Source of the DNA: Patellaria atrata CBS 101060
Taxonomy: Eukaryota
NCBI GenBank assembly: GCA_010093705.1
Contig: MU006104.1
Location: 124,001-188,000, forward strand
Length of the DNA: 64,000 nucleotides
Direction of reading: 5' to 3'
Part shown: positions 14,353 through 26,541 of the stretch, piece after piece
Numbering within the stretch: the first letter of the stretch is position 1
How the letters are laid out: every line of letters starts with the position of its first letter
Made by a program: the position numbers and the translations under genes
Notes under the pieces: model-generated
Told to the model about the DNA's origin: nothing
Seen by the model: only the letters and a program-made list of their open reading frames with translations
Database searches by the model: none

Positions 14353-16356
14353 ATGGCGACAATACGATCATTGAGTGCGATCGGTTTTATTTTAGCTTAT
14401 GGATCATACGCGCTTGCCGTTCCAACATTTTCACACATCGAAGCTCGTCGCCTGCTAGGTTCATCTTTTGGAATACCTGGTAATAATGCCACATTCGACT
14501 ATGTTATCGTTGGAGGCGGAACTGCAGGTTTAACTTTAGCAACAAGGTTAGCGGAACAACAAAGCGGGAGTGTCGCTATTGTGGAAGCTGGTGGGTTTTA
14601 TGAGGTCGGTAATGGGAATATTTCCCAGATACCGGCATACGACGGCGTTTATGCGGGAAGGGGAGAAGATGATTGGCAACCCATGGTTGACTGGGGATAT
14701 CAAACCACCCCTCAAGTGGTGAGTGTACATGAATTCCCATGGAAGAAATCTGTTGATTTGATAAACAGGGGGGGTATGGTGATTCCATCCATTATGCTCG
14801 CGGAAAATGCCTAGGAGGAAGTTCGGCAAGGAATTATATGGCTTACCAACGCGGAACCAAAGCGTCCTATCAAAAATGGGCCGATCTCGCCGGAGATCAA
14901 AGCTATTCCTGGGACTCATTCCTGCCATTTTTTGAAAAGAGCTTAAAATTTACACCACCGAATATGGAGCTCAGATTCGCGAATGGGACACCAGAGTACG
15001 ATATTGAAGTGATGGGAGATGGTTCAGGCCCTTTGTCTGTTACGTTCTCTCACTACGTCCAAGCCTTTGGAACCTGGGCAACTAAGGGTTTAGAAGCTAT
15101 CGGAATCCCGATTGCACCGGGTTTCCAAAGCGGAACCTTGGAGGGCCAGTCATACAGCATGTTTACGATCAACGCAACAACAATGACGAGGGATTCATCC
15201 GAGACTTCCTTCCTTCGCAGGGCTTTGGCATACACAAATTATTACGTATACCAGATGACGCTAGCGAAGAGGATCCTCTTCGATGATTCGAAAAGGGCTG
15301 TTGGTGTGCTTGTGGACACTCAAGGAATGGAGTACGTCCTTTCCGCAAGAAAGGAAGTGATCTTGACCGCTGGAGTATTTGGATCACCGCAACTTTTAAT
15401 GGTCTCCGGTGTTGGTCCAGCTGCCGTACTGGAAGAGCATGGTATTCCTGTTATCGCGGACCGCCCCGGAGTCGGTCAAAATATGCAGGATCACGTTTAT
15501 TTCGGACCGTCTTATCGGGTAAACGCACCTACACTATCGGCCCTTAGTGATCCTGCATTCGTTGCTCAAGCAGCTGTGGAGTTCAATGAGAACGCAGCTG
15601 GGATGTTGACTAACCCCACCACTGACGTTCTTGCATGGGAGAAGGTACCTGAGCCCTTGCGCTCACAGTTATCGAATGAGACTCTTGCAACTTTGGCCAC
15701 ATACCCTGCAGATTGGCCTGAGCTAGAGTACCTCTCTCTCGGAGGGTACCTTGGCTTCCAAGAGAATTTGGCAAGGGGCGGTCCAAACGATGGGTACAAT
15801 TATGCATCCCTAGCTATTGCTCTATGCACGCCTGTTTCACGTGGTAACTTAACCATTGCGTCACCCGACACCTCGGTTGCTCCACTCATTAATCCTAACT
15901 TCTTGACCCACCGGGCGGACATAGAGGTTGCAGTAGCTGGGTACAAGCGGGTACGAGAGTTTTGGCAATCTGACGCCATGGCGCCATTCGTCATTGGTGA
16001 AGAAGCTTTTCCAGGCCCAGAAGTTGAAACTGACGCACAGATTGAGGATATCATTCGCAGAACGTACAACACTATTTACCATGCTGCTTGCACGTGCTCC
16101 ATGGGTCGTTCTAATGACACGATGGCAGTCGTGGACAGCCATGCGAGAGTATATGGGGTGAAGAGGATTAGAGTTGTAGATGCTTCATCATTCGCTGTAC
16201 TTCCTCCTGGTCACCCTCAGGCCACAGTTTGTAAGTTGATCGTTCATCGCTATTTTTCAGCCATTTTGACATATCACAGACGCGTTCGCTGAGAAAATGG
16301 CTTGCGCTATCACGGGTAATTGCGAAGAGAGTATAGTAGGCGCTCGAAGGTTCTAG
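14353..16356 (+). CDS. Secreted GMC (glucose-methanol-choline) flavin oxidoreductase, PatE-like
   Basis: N-terminal hydrophobic signal peptide, FAD motif DYVIVGGGTAG, HYARGKCLGGSSARNYMAYQRG, GVGQNMQDH and catalytic His pair (IYHAACTC, PPGHPQAT). Introns at 14719-14768 and about 16231-16279. C-terminus YAFAEKMACAITGNC. Matches recalled PatE, including RRLLGSSFGIP. Confidence 0.92.
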
Positions 16357-17168
16357 TGGACAGTATAGAGACACTAAGGTAAGATCGAAGCATATGGAGC
16401 ACACATGGAGCACATATGGACGTCGCGAAGGATTGTTTGTGTCGTGTATTTTTTTTTACAAGTACGATATGTGCGCGACTAGTTGATTCCACAATCACAA
16501 TCACGATACGATCATATTATATTGTTTAGTTCTACCTACAATTGTTAACTTGTGAGCGAAATGAAGAGTGGTCTATCTATTCCTTTACTTACACCTTTTA
16601 AACAAACTTCTCCAGGTTTACTATATCCCTTTTTCATTACATCCCAGACTAAGTTTAAGGTATTAAAACATTTATGTCTCGCAATGAGTGAGTTTGATAA
16701 CATATCAACTTCTCTACAGTAGGATGAAGCGGCCGGAGTGCGGTGTGACTAAGATCGGGTCGTTATTCCTGTGGAAGACATGTCTGCGGCTTCCTACGAT
16801 AGTGATCGACAAAATAATAATTTCTTACGTACTTCATCTTGTAGTTTTCTAGGAAGATGTTCCTACAACTGTCCGTTGAGTGCTGATCATGAATGAAGGT
16901 GGCGGATAATTGTGGAGGATGTGAAACGTGGGGGTTTGTAGAGAAGGCGATGTGGGATTGCAGTATGCTTGACGGGGTTCTCAAAGTTATCAAAAGCCCT
17001 AGACGAGAAATTCTAATACAAGGTAAAATGTTCCATTTTTAGACGACCTATCTAGTAGTAATTGCAGAAAACTGGAGGTTCAAAAACACAAAGGTTGTGC
17101 CTATGTTGTAATCCTATAAAAAGCTAGTCCACGTTCGGTAAGCTTCAATATTAAAGCCAATTTCTATC

Positions 17169-20100
17169 TCAACCCCATCTCCTCATCCAGGATCTCAAGA
17201 ACTTCCTCACATATCCATCTTTAACAATGTCCGGTGGCGACCTCATGGTTGCACTATCTCTTTCGGCTGCTTTTGTCTCAAATCTGACGCGCTTATCACC
17301 CACTCCATGGTCAAACCCATAACTTGTTTTGAAGTACTCAATCAACTTTACGGCAGGATTACGATTTTCTTGACCGAGTGTTGCACTTTTCTGCAGCTTT
17401 TGAAGCCATTCAGTGAAAGGTATCGTTTCAAACTGTAACCCAGCGGCACGGAGTTCCTCAAGAAGATCATCCCAAGAGAACTCCTTCGGGTTTACAAGGT
17501 TGTAAAAGATGTCAGAGCGTCTAGGATCTACTCCATTCAGAGTTGACGATTTTGTAAGGGACTGAGAGAGCTCAAGGATTGCAGTTGCAAGTGTATCGAC
17601 TGGGATCCATGAACATTTCTATAAACATGTCAATTTTGAAGATATCGGACGAGACCGAGCGCCTAGTACTTACTTGAGACATAGCCGGTAAGGCTTTCAA
17701 CGTCAGCGCAGATCGGATGAGTAATGGTATTGACTCCTTATCGTTCCAAATACCGTTTTCAGCATCTCCAACGATTTGGCCGATCCGCAATACATAGGTT
17801 TGAGCGCCAGCACGTGCTGCGTTCCGTACGATATGCTCGCCGACGAGTTTGGAATGCGCATATCCCATATTAGATGCGAAAGCGAAGTTTTCAACTGCAC
17901 TTTCTGGGACTGGTGCATTCGTTCGTGTATTCGATGCCGTAGATATTGAAGAACAGAAAAATAATTGAGCTGGTCCATCCCTTTCAACTGATAGGGAAAA
18001 ATGTATGAGGTTGTTGAGACCTCCAATATGCGGCTCGAAACTCTTCAAGCTAATGTTGAAGTTCACTGGCCACGCAATGTGGATGATGAGGGAGACCTCC
18101 TTTCTCATCTTCTCAATGATCGATGGATTAAGACCCAAATCTGAACGGACCAGATCACTTGTTAATGCAACGATCTTAGCTTCTTTTGCGCTTGAGAGCT
18201 GGAGACCTCTCTCTGTTAAGGAATCCAGAACTCGTTGTCTTGGATTCGCGCCCCGGACCAGGCAGTAAACCGTCCCAACATTAGCCTTAGCAACAAGCTG
18301 TGCCAGAGTATGGGCGCCCAAAGATCCGGTAGCTCCAGTAATAATCTGTACATACATTAGCTGATTATTTCTTTTGGAGCGAAGGTTACGAACCACTGCT
18401 TGCTTTTCAAAGTTCGAATACTTCTTAATTAGTTCCTTCATTAACGTTGACTCATCATTGTGGACTTGGCTTTCTCCTTCTCTAAGGCAACGAATATAAT
18501 GAGCTAACCGCCGTGCATTCCCATATTCATAAACGACGTTCTGGCCTAGAACTTGGCCATTCAAATGGAGACTTTTCTGTATCACACGCCTCATCTGGAT
18601 CGCTTTTAAACTGTCAATGCCTGCACTGAAGAAATCCGTCTCTGGGGTTTCCAGTGCGACACCAATGGCTTCCTTGAAAGCCTTCATTAGAAAGTCCTCC
18701 AGTTCTACTTGGTCCAATATAAGAGTCCCTTCTTGTTTGCCTTCCAGTGTAGCATACATTTCTTTGATCTCGTCTGCAAACTCTGCGTAGACTTGGGCTC
18801 GGATGATGCTCCCCTTGTCAGTCTGTGGGTATTCCACATGTGAGGGTATTGGGATGATCATTTCTTTCGTGATCTGTGAGAATGCTTCAGCACAAGAATT
18901 AGCGTCGGCAACAGATGGCCAAATGGATTCGATATAAGCATCGTTAGACATATGGTCGGCTTCCTTGGCACGGAATACAAGAAGGCCGGGTATGGGTTGA
19001 TCTACGCCGACAACTGCGGATTCCCGGACCAATGGATCTTCTCGAATACGACCCTCGATTGGTAGGGGAAGGACCTTCTCTCCATTCACCAAAGTTATTC
19101 TGTCATCAATACGAGTGACATACTTCCAAATATCTGGAATGGTTGGGTGTGGGCTGAATACATCCCGGGAATGCCAGGACCCAGGCGCAGGAAAGTCGGA
19201 ATTCGAGGTAGAAAGCGCCGGATGCCCTTTCAAGTATACACACTCGTACAAATTGTCTCCTAGTGGGTTCATGTAGACGTACTTCCTAATATTGGCATAC
19301 AACCGCAAGTAATTCCAGGAGTTGTCACCTTTGGCCCTCCGCATGCTATCGCCGGCAAGACCTGCTTCGGTACTTACAACAAATCAGCTTAAGGACGAGA
19401 CCTTACGGAGCATGAGAACTTACGTTCCGAACACGACGCCAAAATTAATTCCTTCCTTGACCAAGCGATCCCCTAATTCATCCGGGGTTCGAGCACCAGC
19501 TGCAGTTACAACTTGGCAGGCTCTCATTGCATCGATACCACTTTTCTTCTCGGCCAATAGTCCTAAGCAATACGGCACCGCATGTATCGCTTCAGGTCTT
19601 ATCACTTTCATTACAGCGACTAGATTTTCTGAAGTCAAAGGCAAAGAGGTATTGTACAAATGGGCCGTTTTACGCATCCACATTGCCTGGAGAGAAGTGG
19701 AAATACCGTACAAGTGATACCACGGTAAAGCGTTGAAATTATGCAGTCCAGACCCTTGAGTAGGATGAGTCAGAATCGCTCTATGAGAAAGCATGATGGG
19801 CTTCGGCAGGCCTGTAGATCCAGAGGAGTGTAATATCAACGCTATCCTCTTGTTCTCTTCCTCCCTATCGTACTTGCGAACGAATGGTGCCTCGCCAGAA
19901 TTTGGTCTGTCATATTGCCTTCGGATCGGGATTTTGAGCGCCCGTATTTGGAAATCTTGGTTTACCCTTTCAACAGTTGACTTCACTTGTGCCGAATGCC
20001 CGTGTATTATTGTAGAACAATCAGTCTTCTTGAGAAGATTGATAACCGCTAATGGGGCTATCCTCAGTGACAAGCAGAGAACGCTGTAACCCAGTCTTGT

Positions 20101-20466
20101 GAGCGCAAAAACAGAGACTATGAAATCAACATTTGAAGGCGCTAAAAGTGCAACAGTTGCTCGTGTATCCTGTGCCAACGTTTAGCGAGTGCAATCCAAG
20201 GCTACTCCGATAACAGCGTGGAGTTCTTCACTTACTGGCTCGAGACCTGAGGCAAGATACACTTTGACTGTAGCGTCGATAAACTCGTCCAGTTGTTTTC
20301 CAGTGAAGCGCTCATAGTCATCAACGCTATTCTCAAATCGTGGATAACCCAAGATAGGTGTGGGTGGATTATCAGTAGAGCGGTGACGGACGATGTCGTC
20401 CAGTACTTTCAACTCACCAAATGCGTCGTACAACTGCTGCACCCGTTCCTGGGACAGATGTGCCAT
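17169..20466 (-). CDS. NRPS-like adenylate-forming reductase (A-T-R; carboxylic acid reductase) no. 1
   Basis: Five exons, with introns at 20235-20170, 19423-19373, 18393-18346 and 17673-17619. A domain ILHSSGSTGLPKP and RIDDRITLVNGEKV; PCP site DFFSAGIDSL; R domain IITGATGSLG and GYAHSK. The last exon (KCSWIPVD...NPAVKLIEYF...WMRRWG*) is missing from the ORF track but is open in frame. Confidence 0.93.
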
Positions 20467-20839
20467 GTTATCTGCAGAATGGGCGAGGAGAATGCAGGTA
20501 AATTAAGTTGGGGTGTGCAATATTCAAATGTGTTGGAATCTAATTCGGAAAGTGCAATTACGTTCCTTCCCTCACTTCATCTATTTACCACGACTTCCAA
20601 AGCCCTTTTAACTCGATCAATCTAAACACGTACGGGGTACTCGAACAGCACGAAGCCATGGCCCCAAAATAATCCACCATCAGAGCTTGTATCTGAATTT
20701 CACTGAACTATTTCTGCCTACGGGGGAGGCGTACGAAGCGCAATCAGCCTTGATCAAAGCTTCAAGCTCTGGTCAAGTAACGAACATGCAAGAAGCGATG
20801 TCTCCACAAGATGGAACCTATAATGACATATCCGCATAA

Positions 20840-20851
20840 CTCCCGAAGGAG
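20840..20851. promoter_or_regulatory. Candidate cluster TF site CTCC-CGAA-GGAG upstream of reductase 1
   Basis: ACTCC-CGAA-GGAGT inverted repeat about 375 bp upstream of ATG 20466. A second core, TCC-AGGA-GGA, lies near 20949. Confidence 0.5.
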
Positions 20852-21556
20852 TAGAGGAGTACAGATATAGTTATTACCGTTCCTGGTGACGGAGTACTCA
20901 GTTCGATGCGGCTGACTTTTGAGCACCCTGGCTATTCCAAAAACTGCCTCCAGGAGGATCTGGGACAGTACACCACAAAGATGCCTTTTGGGAATCGGGT
21001 TTAGGATATCGCCCAAAACTTCCCGCAATGCAGTCCCTGTTTGATTTTTGCTTATTTGAGGTGATTACGGAACACTAATCGCAAGGAGACAGCAAATCAA
21101 CGCACCAACCTCAGTAGCGATGACATCGGTCAGCACCAACTTACTGGACTGGTGCTTATACCGGACAAGGGTAGCTACAGCGTAGGTTCCGCGAATCAGG
21201 ATGGTCTGAACCTACATAGGCATCCTATTATAAGCTATTGACCTAAGTTTAGCGGCTTAACCGGTCCCGTTTAATTCGCAAAGCTTAATTCGGACGACAA
21301 CCGATGAAACCATGTGTTTTACTGTACTACGTAACTGATTCAACCACCTTACTAGAATGGAGTCTAACATCCTATGTAACCCGGTCTTAGTTCTTGTCTC
21401 TTTTACTGTCACACTACAGAGGCCGAACACCTGGCCAAGAACCCTCCAGCCGTAATGGTGGGTAACAACGCCAGTAGCTGAATCATACCATTACAGGATT
21501 GGTAGTCCCGGATGGAAGAACATGCTGAATCTAGCCCGAGCTATTCGGCCGCTGCG

Positions 21557-22836
21557 TTACCCGAGCGTCTCTGGAATCGGTGCCGACTTTGGCAGAGGGG
21601 GTGTGTCCATCACCAACCCGCCCATCAATGTCTCTGCAACCCTTGTGCCATGTACCTCAGCGCGCTCGATTGCGTCCCTAATCAGATTATCTTCCTCTGG
21701 CGTCAAAGTCACATTAAACGCTCTTATGTTTTCCTCGAGATACTTGACCTTTTTAGTACCGGGAATTGGAAAAATGTCTTCCCCTTGATTCATGAGCCAA
21801 GCTAATGTGAGCTGGCCAGAGGTACAGTTCTTCTTGTCTGCAATTGAACGTAGAGTATCCACAAGTTGGAGGTTCTTGGGGAAGTTCTCTTTCGAAAACC
21901 GTGGAATTGATCTCCGGAAATCGTTCTCGTCGAAGTCGTCGATAGACTTGTATTGGCCTGTAAGCATACCACGACCAAGAGGTGAATATGCAACTGTGGC
22001 AATGCCTAACTCCCGGCATGTCTTCAGAAGTCCAGGATCGGGTTTCTCAATGTCCATTGAGAAAGGACTATATTCTATCTGATATGCTTGGATCTGGTGG
22101 ATCTTGCTTGCACGACGCAAGGTGTCTACTCCACACTCGCTCAATCCAATATACTTAACTTTTCCAGAGCTAGGAATTGATCAATCTCGTGTGCGTACGG
22201 TTGAAAGCTCAATATCATACTCAACATATTCTTTCATTGTCGCGACAATTTCTTCTACCGGTGTCTTTCCACTAAAACGATGGCTATTGAAGTTCATTCA
22301 TCAGCTTATACTACGCTTAGGACACTGTCTTTGGACTGGTACTAACCAATAGAGGAGATCAATGTAGTCTGTTTGCAGTCTTTTCAAACTCTCTGCAACG
22401 GCCTGATGGATATATTCGGGTTCGTTCCTGATTTCTCGGCCACCTTCGGGAGTGACATGATTCCCAAATTTTGTGGCTAGAAATATCTGGTCCATGTCGG
22501 CTTAGGAGCTTTTCTTCTACTTATGGGACAACACTTTATCTCACCTCCGTGCGTTTGCCTGTGCGTTGGAACCATCTTCCAATCAATTCTTCGCTATCAC
22601 CATACAATGCTGCCGAATCCCAATGCACACACCCAAGCTCGTACACGCGATCTAGAAGCTTAAATCGGTCTTCGTCCAGCGTAGGGACGCCATAGAATGC
22701 TACAAAACCTTAACAATTTCATGCGAGCGCAAAAACTCTCATAGGACTTACAGCTTAAACCCATCATACCAAACCCGAGGGCTGGTATTTCGGGGCCATT
22801 TCTTCCCATAACTCTAGTAGGCAGCTTGTTTGGCAT
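21557..22836 (-). CDS. Aldo-keto reductase (YakC/AKR13-like)
   Basis: Spliced model: MPNKLPTRVMGRNGPEIPALGFGMMGLS|AFYG...HWDSAALYGDSE...|IFLATKFG...IDLLY|CHRF...|SGKVKYIGLSE...QIEYSPF...AYSPLGRG...PIPGTKK. Catalytic D/Y/K/H tetrad present; four introns. Confidence 0.92.
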
Positions 22837-23024
22837 CTTAAGATATGCGATAACGATAATGGGTCTAAAGATACTTTTCTCGGCGAAAGTAGTGAGCTAG
22901 GAGGGATGATACCCGCTTTGCAGACTCTAGAAAATGGCAGAATGACAAAGGGGGGTATAGTCCTACTTATAGACGTATGAGGACTTGTATGCGATCACGT
23001 GCACATCTTATCAATTTGGTTTTT

Positions 23025-23284
23025 TTCCCCATGGAGTTTTCGCTGAATAAGGCATCACTATTTCAAAGGAAACAGTAAGGTATCTTAATGATCGCACTTC
23101 GGGAGACAAACTCTGGTATACTCGATTTACTATCTCTCACCTCATGCATTTGCACTTAAAGAATCACTAGTAAGCGATAACCGTAGGATTAGAGCTGAAA
23201 ACAGGATCGTGAGGTGAGGTGGTCGCACCACCGGGTTCTTATTCAGTTGTACAAAGGTACTTCGCCCCAGATTTCCCAAGGGAG
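23025..23284. promoter_or_regulatory. Two candidate cluster TF sites upstream of the AKR gene (TTCC-CCAT-GGAG 23025-23036; TTCC-CAAG-GGAG 23273-23284)
   Basis: Two YTCC-N4-GGAG copies about 190 and 440 bp upstream of ATG 22836. Confidence 0.5.
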
Positions 23285-23550
23285 GTGGGGTAGCTGCTTT
23301 TGATTCTCATCCTAGATTTCTAAATTCACTGAGCTATTCAGATACTTCTTATTTCCTACTCAACAATGGAAAAAGCTCTCAATTTCTACTCATTCGAGAC
23401 TTTCGTGGTATAGCAAATTTTCAAGTCACGGACAGATCACGAGTTACGACGAGAGAATGGCAGACATATATGGAACTTTTTATTGATATCGACTATCATT
23501 CAGTTCCGACTTAAGTATAGGCCTAAACGGATATTCCTTCGCCAACATTC

Positions 23551-24437
23551 TCAGTTAGCCAATTCGAGGAAGGTAGACGGCTTCCACTTGATAAGAGTTA
23601 CTCCGTCATACACCGGCAACAGGATAGTGTCAATCCTGGTGTCATTTTTGCAAAAGGTGTTGAACCTCTTGAGAGCCTTGCCGCACTCCGTCCAGTAGGG
23701 TCGAACCTTCTCAGGCAGAGTAGGATTCGCATCTGTACTAATTGTCATGCCGCGGGCGAAGACTGTATTTCGGTTAACTTGTGGAATTCAAATTGCTCAA
23801 AGATGCTACTTACTGTTGTCGCACATGATAAATCCATGCGGTGAGAGCAATTGCTTGTCGAGGATGTACTTGACATAACCCTCGTAACCTTCCTTATTGG
23901 CGTCGACGAATATGATGTCAAAAGTCCCTGACAGTTTTGCAAGCGACGCTTGAGCAGGCCCCTCGATAAGGGTGATCCTGTCGTTGACCTTGTATTTGTC
24001 AAAAGTCCGACGAGAAGCAGCAATCATCTTAGGGTCCAGTTCCAGAGTAATGATCTCAGCTTTGGTAGACTCCGTCGCTTCGTACCATGCCAACGCACTA
24101 TAACCAGTGAAGCAACCAATTTCGAGGACTACGTTTGTCAACTTGTGTTCTGAGATAAGAAAGACTTTCTAGTACCTCTCTTTGCCTGCTGCCATTCCGC
24201 AAGGAATTTCATGGTAGCGCCCTGGAGAGGCGAGGACATCTTATCGGCATCCTCAAATTTCCCACATGTCCACTCCCAAACCTCGTTCATCTCTTTGGAG
24301 ACATCGTTAGAGTGCTTGGTACAGTATTCAGTAACTGTAGCAGCCATTTCAGGCTGGATAAAAGATGGTCAGTAAGCGTGTATCGCTTTTGAAATTTTAC
24401 GGAGACTTACCGTGAAGGACAGGACACTGGACAACAT
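23551..24437 (-). CDS. Cation-dependent catechol/caffeoyl-CoA-type O-methyltransferase (Methyltransf_3)
   Basis: Four exons. VLEIGCFTGYSAL (SAM motif I), TLELDP, FDIIFVDANKEGY and IMCDN (D-x-x-K and DN metal-binding motifs), and LLPVYDGVTLI. Confidence 0.9.
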
Positions 24438-24832
24438 TTCTGCGGTTGGATGGTGTCGAAGACTATTTTGGATCTTGTCTAAGGCTTCAAAAGGGTTATC
24501 AGGTAGGTTGTTTGAAGAACTGGTGAACAATAGACTCGAGGAAGAAATCTTCTAGATTTAATACACTTTTACCCACCCTCAGTCTCCTCTAGGTATATCC
24601 TAATTCTGGCTAGAGCAAAGCAAAGTTCCACAACTCCTTCACCACTACCTCCAGGTAATGCTCCAGAACGATCTGAAAACCTTCCCGAATTGGCACACTC
24701 TTTTGGTTGCTCAAACCTGCACTTCTCCATTCCCCATACGACCACGCTCGGATGAGTTCTGCACATCAGCTTTCAGCTTCGACTCTCTTCCGCTGATAAA
24801 AATTGACTGAAATGGAATCTTCCCCAGTTACT

Positions 24833-24844
24833 CTCCCGAAGGAA
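24833..24844. promoter_or_regulatory. Candidate cluster TF site CTCC-CGAA-GGAA in the divergent OMT / reductase 2 spacer
   Basis: Shares 11 identical bases (CTCCCGAAGGA) with the site at 20840 and lies about 400 bp upstream of the OMT ATG. Confidence 0.5.
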
Positions 24845-26541
24845 GCACACAACAGGGATGCTAATAGTTTCCCACTGCACTGTGAGTATGCATGGAGACA
24901 AACTCCTTGATAATGGATAAAGGAGTTTAGGAGCAGGAGAATCTTTCCTTAACTACGGTAAGTTCGATGTGACCATTTCAGGAGCTTTTCCAAAAACGCA
25001 GTTCTTATCACGGTTGATCTTCAATGCGATGTTTTCTTTCATTCTCGAATAACATGGTACACTTAGGGCATGCGGCAAAATTGTGTGTGGCTGTCGGAAT
25101 ATTACCTCCAAGTCAGCACATAGAGGAACTACTGACAGGACAAGGTTCATCAGGCTACCTTTGTTATCTGGCACTACAAATTCCAACACTGCGACAAATC
25201 CATATATCTTACCAACAGGCACATCAGTTCAGCTGCACAGTAAGCCATATCTCTAGGGTTTTGTCAGTGGCGGGCCAAAAGGAGAAAGTACCTGGATTGA
25301 CCCGAATAATCGGTAGCGAAAATGCCGGAGTAAACGGAGGTACGGACTCAAATAAACTACCCAAATAGGACCAAGAACATTTGAAGCAAAAACCAAGGGC
25401 TCACTAAACTGCACCGCAATTATACAAAGATGCAATCGAGTATTACTTACACTTCTATTCTTATAAGGCGGTGAGAAAAGGTACTTATAAGTTTACTTAC
25501 ACTTTTGCAGGCGGTGAGCGTACGGCTGACAGCTCTAGTTCGTGTAGTTGGTCGACAGAATTAGGATCAAAGAACCCCCCCCTCTGTCTTTCGAATAAAA
25601 GACGAGTCGTTGTGGAACGTATTGACGTAAAATAAGACAAGTGATCTATACTAAGAATTTACCCTGTTACTCGCCTCATGCTCTCTGTCATGAAACCTGG
25701 AAAAGCCTTTCTAACCGTATGGCCTCAGGTAGCATTAGCTAATTTGTCAACAGTATATACGAATATCTGTATTGAACGATCATAATAAGTATCAAGACAC
25801 AAACGAGCCCCAAGGGATACGTTAGTGGGAATACAAAGAGTGTACTGTGAAGTATTGGCCAACTAGAATGATATGGACTGCGCATATTCCATATTAACCT
25901 AATCAGGGGCATACCAACGACATCACGCAGCGACGCGGCAATTGAAGGATCTCATTTTTTATCATCTCAAAGGTCACTCTGCAATATTTGACCACTTGGA
26001 GCAATGTTTCAACCTGTCTCTAAGGGTTCAGTGGTCGGTTGAAATGAGGATTGATCTGTTTTGTGAAAGCTCTATTTCATTTCACAGAATCAGGGATTTA
26101 TCAACTTGACATCATCACGCATATTTCCCCTTCTCAATATCTGTACCAATTTAAACGGAAGTTCTAGCCCAATATCATTTTGATTACTGTAACGTAATTT
26201 TTACTGAACCGTCCAGGTCTCATTCCGGGGTTGCAGTTCTATCCTGAACCTATCGAACCTAAACTGAAGGTAGAATGTTATTACATTTCATTCCTTGTCG
26301 TGAGTGGTAACCCCTGTCATTAGGGTACTTGCCGTGCATACGCTGGTTAGGAAAAGCTCGACCCCTTATAAGATCTTATGATTTTGATACTCAAGCAGGG
26401 CGCCGCTGAAGAGAGTAAGCTAGGGGTACCATGGAGGAGAACGAGGTACAAATATAACTTCTTAATTCAATCTCCTCCTTATGAACACTTTGTCATTTTT
26501 GTCTCCCTTGATATTGTCTTTCTAATCAACTCGGTTGCACT

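Noticed and set aside
16391..16420. Three copies of an 11-bp CAYATGGAGCA repeat after the GMC stop codon
   Set aside because: A short slippage-type duplication in a 3' UTR with no evidence of function.
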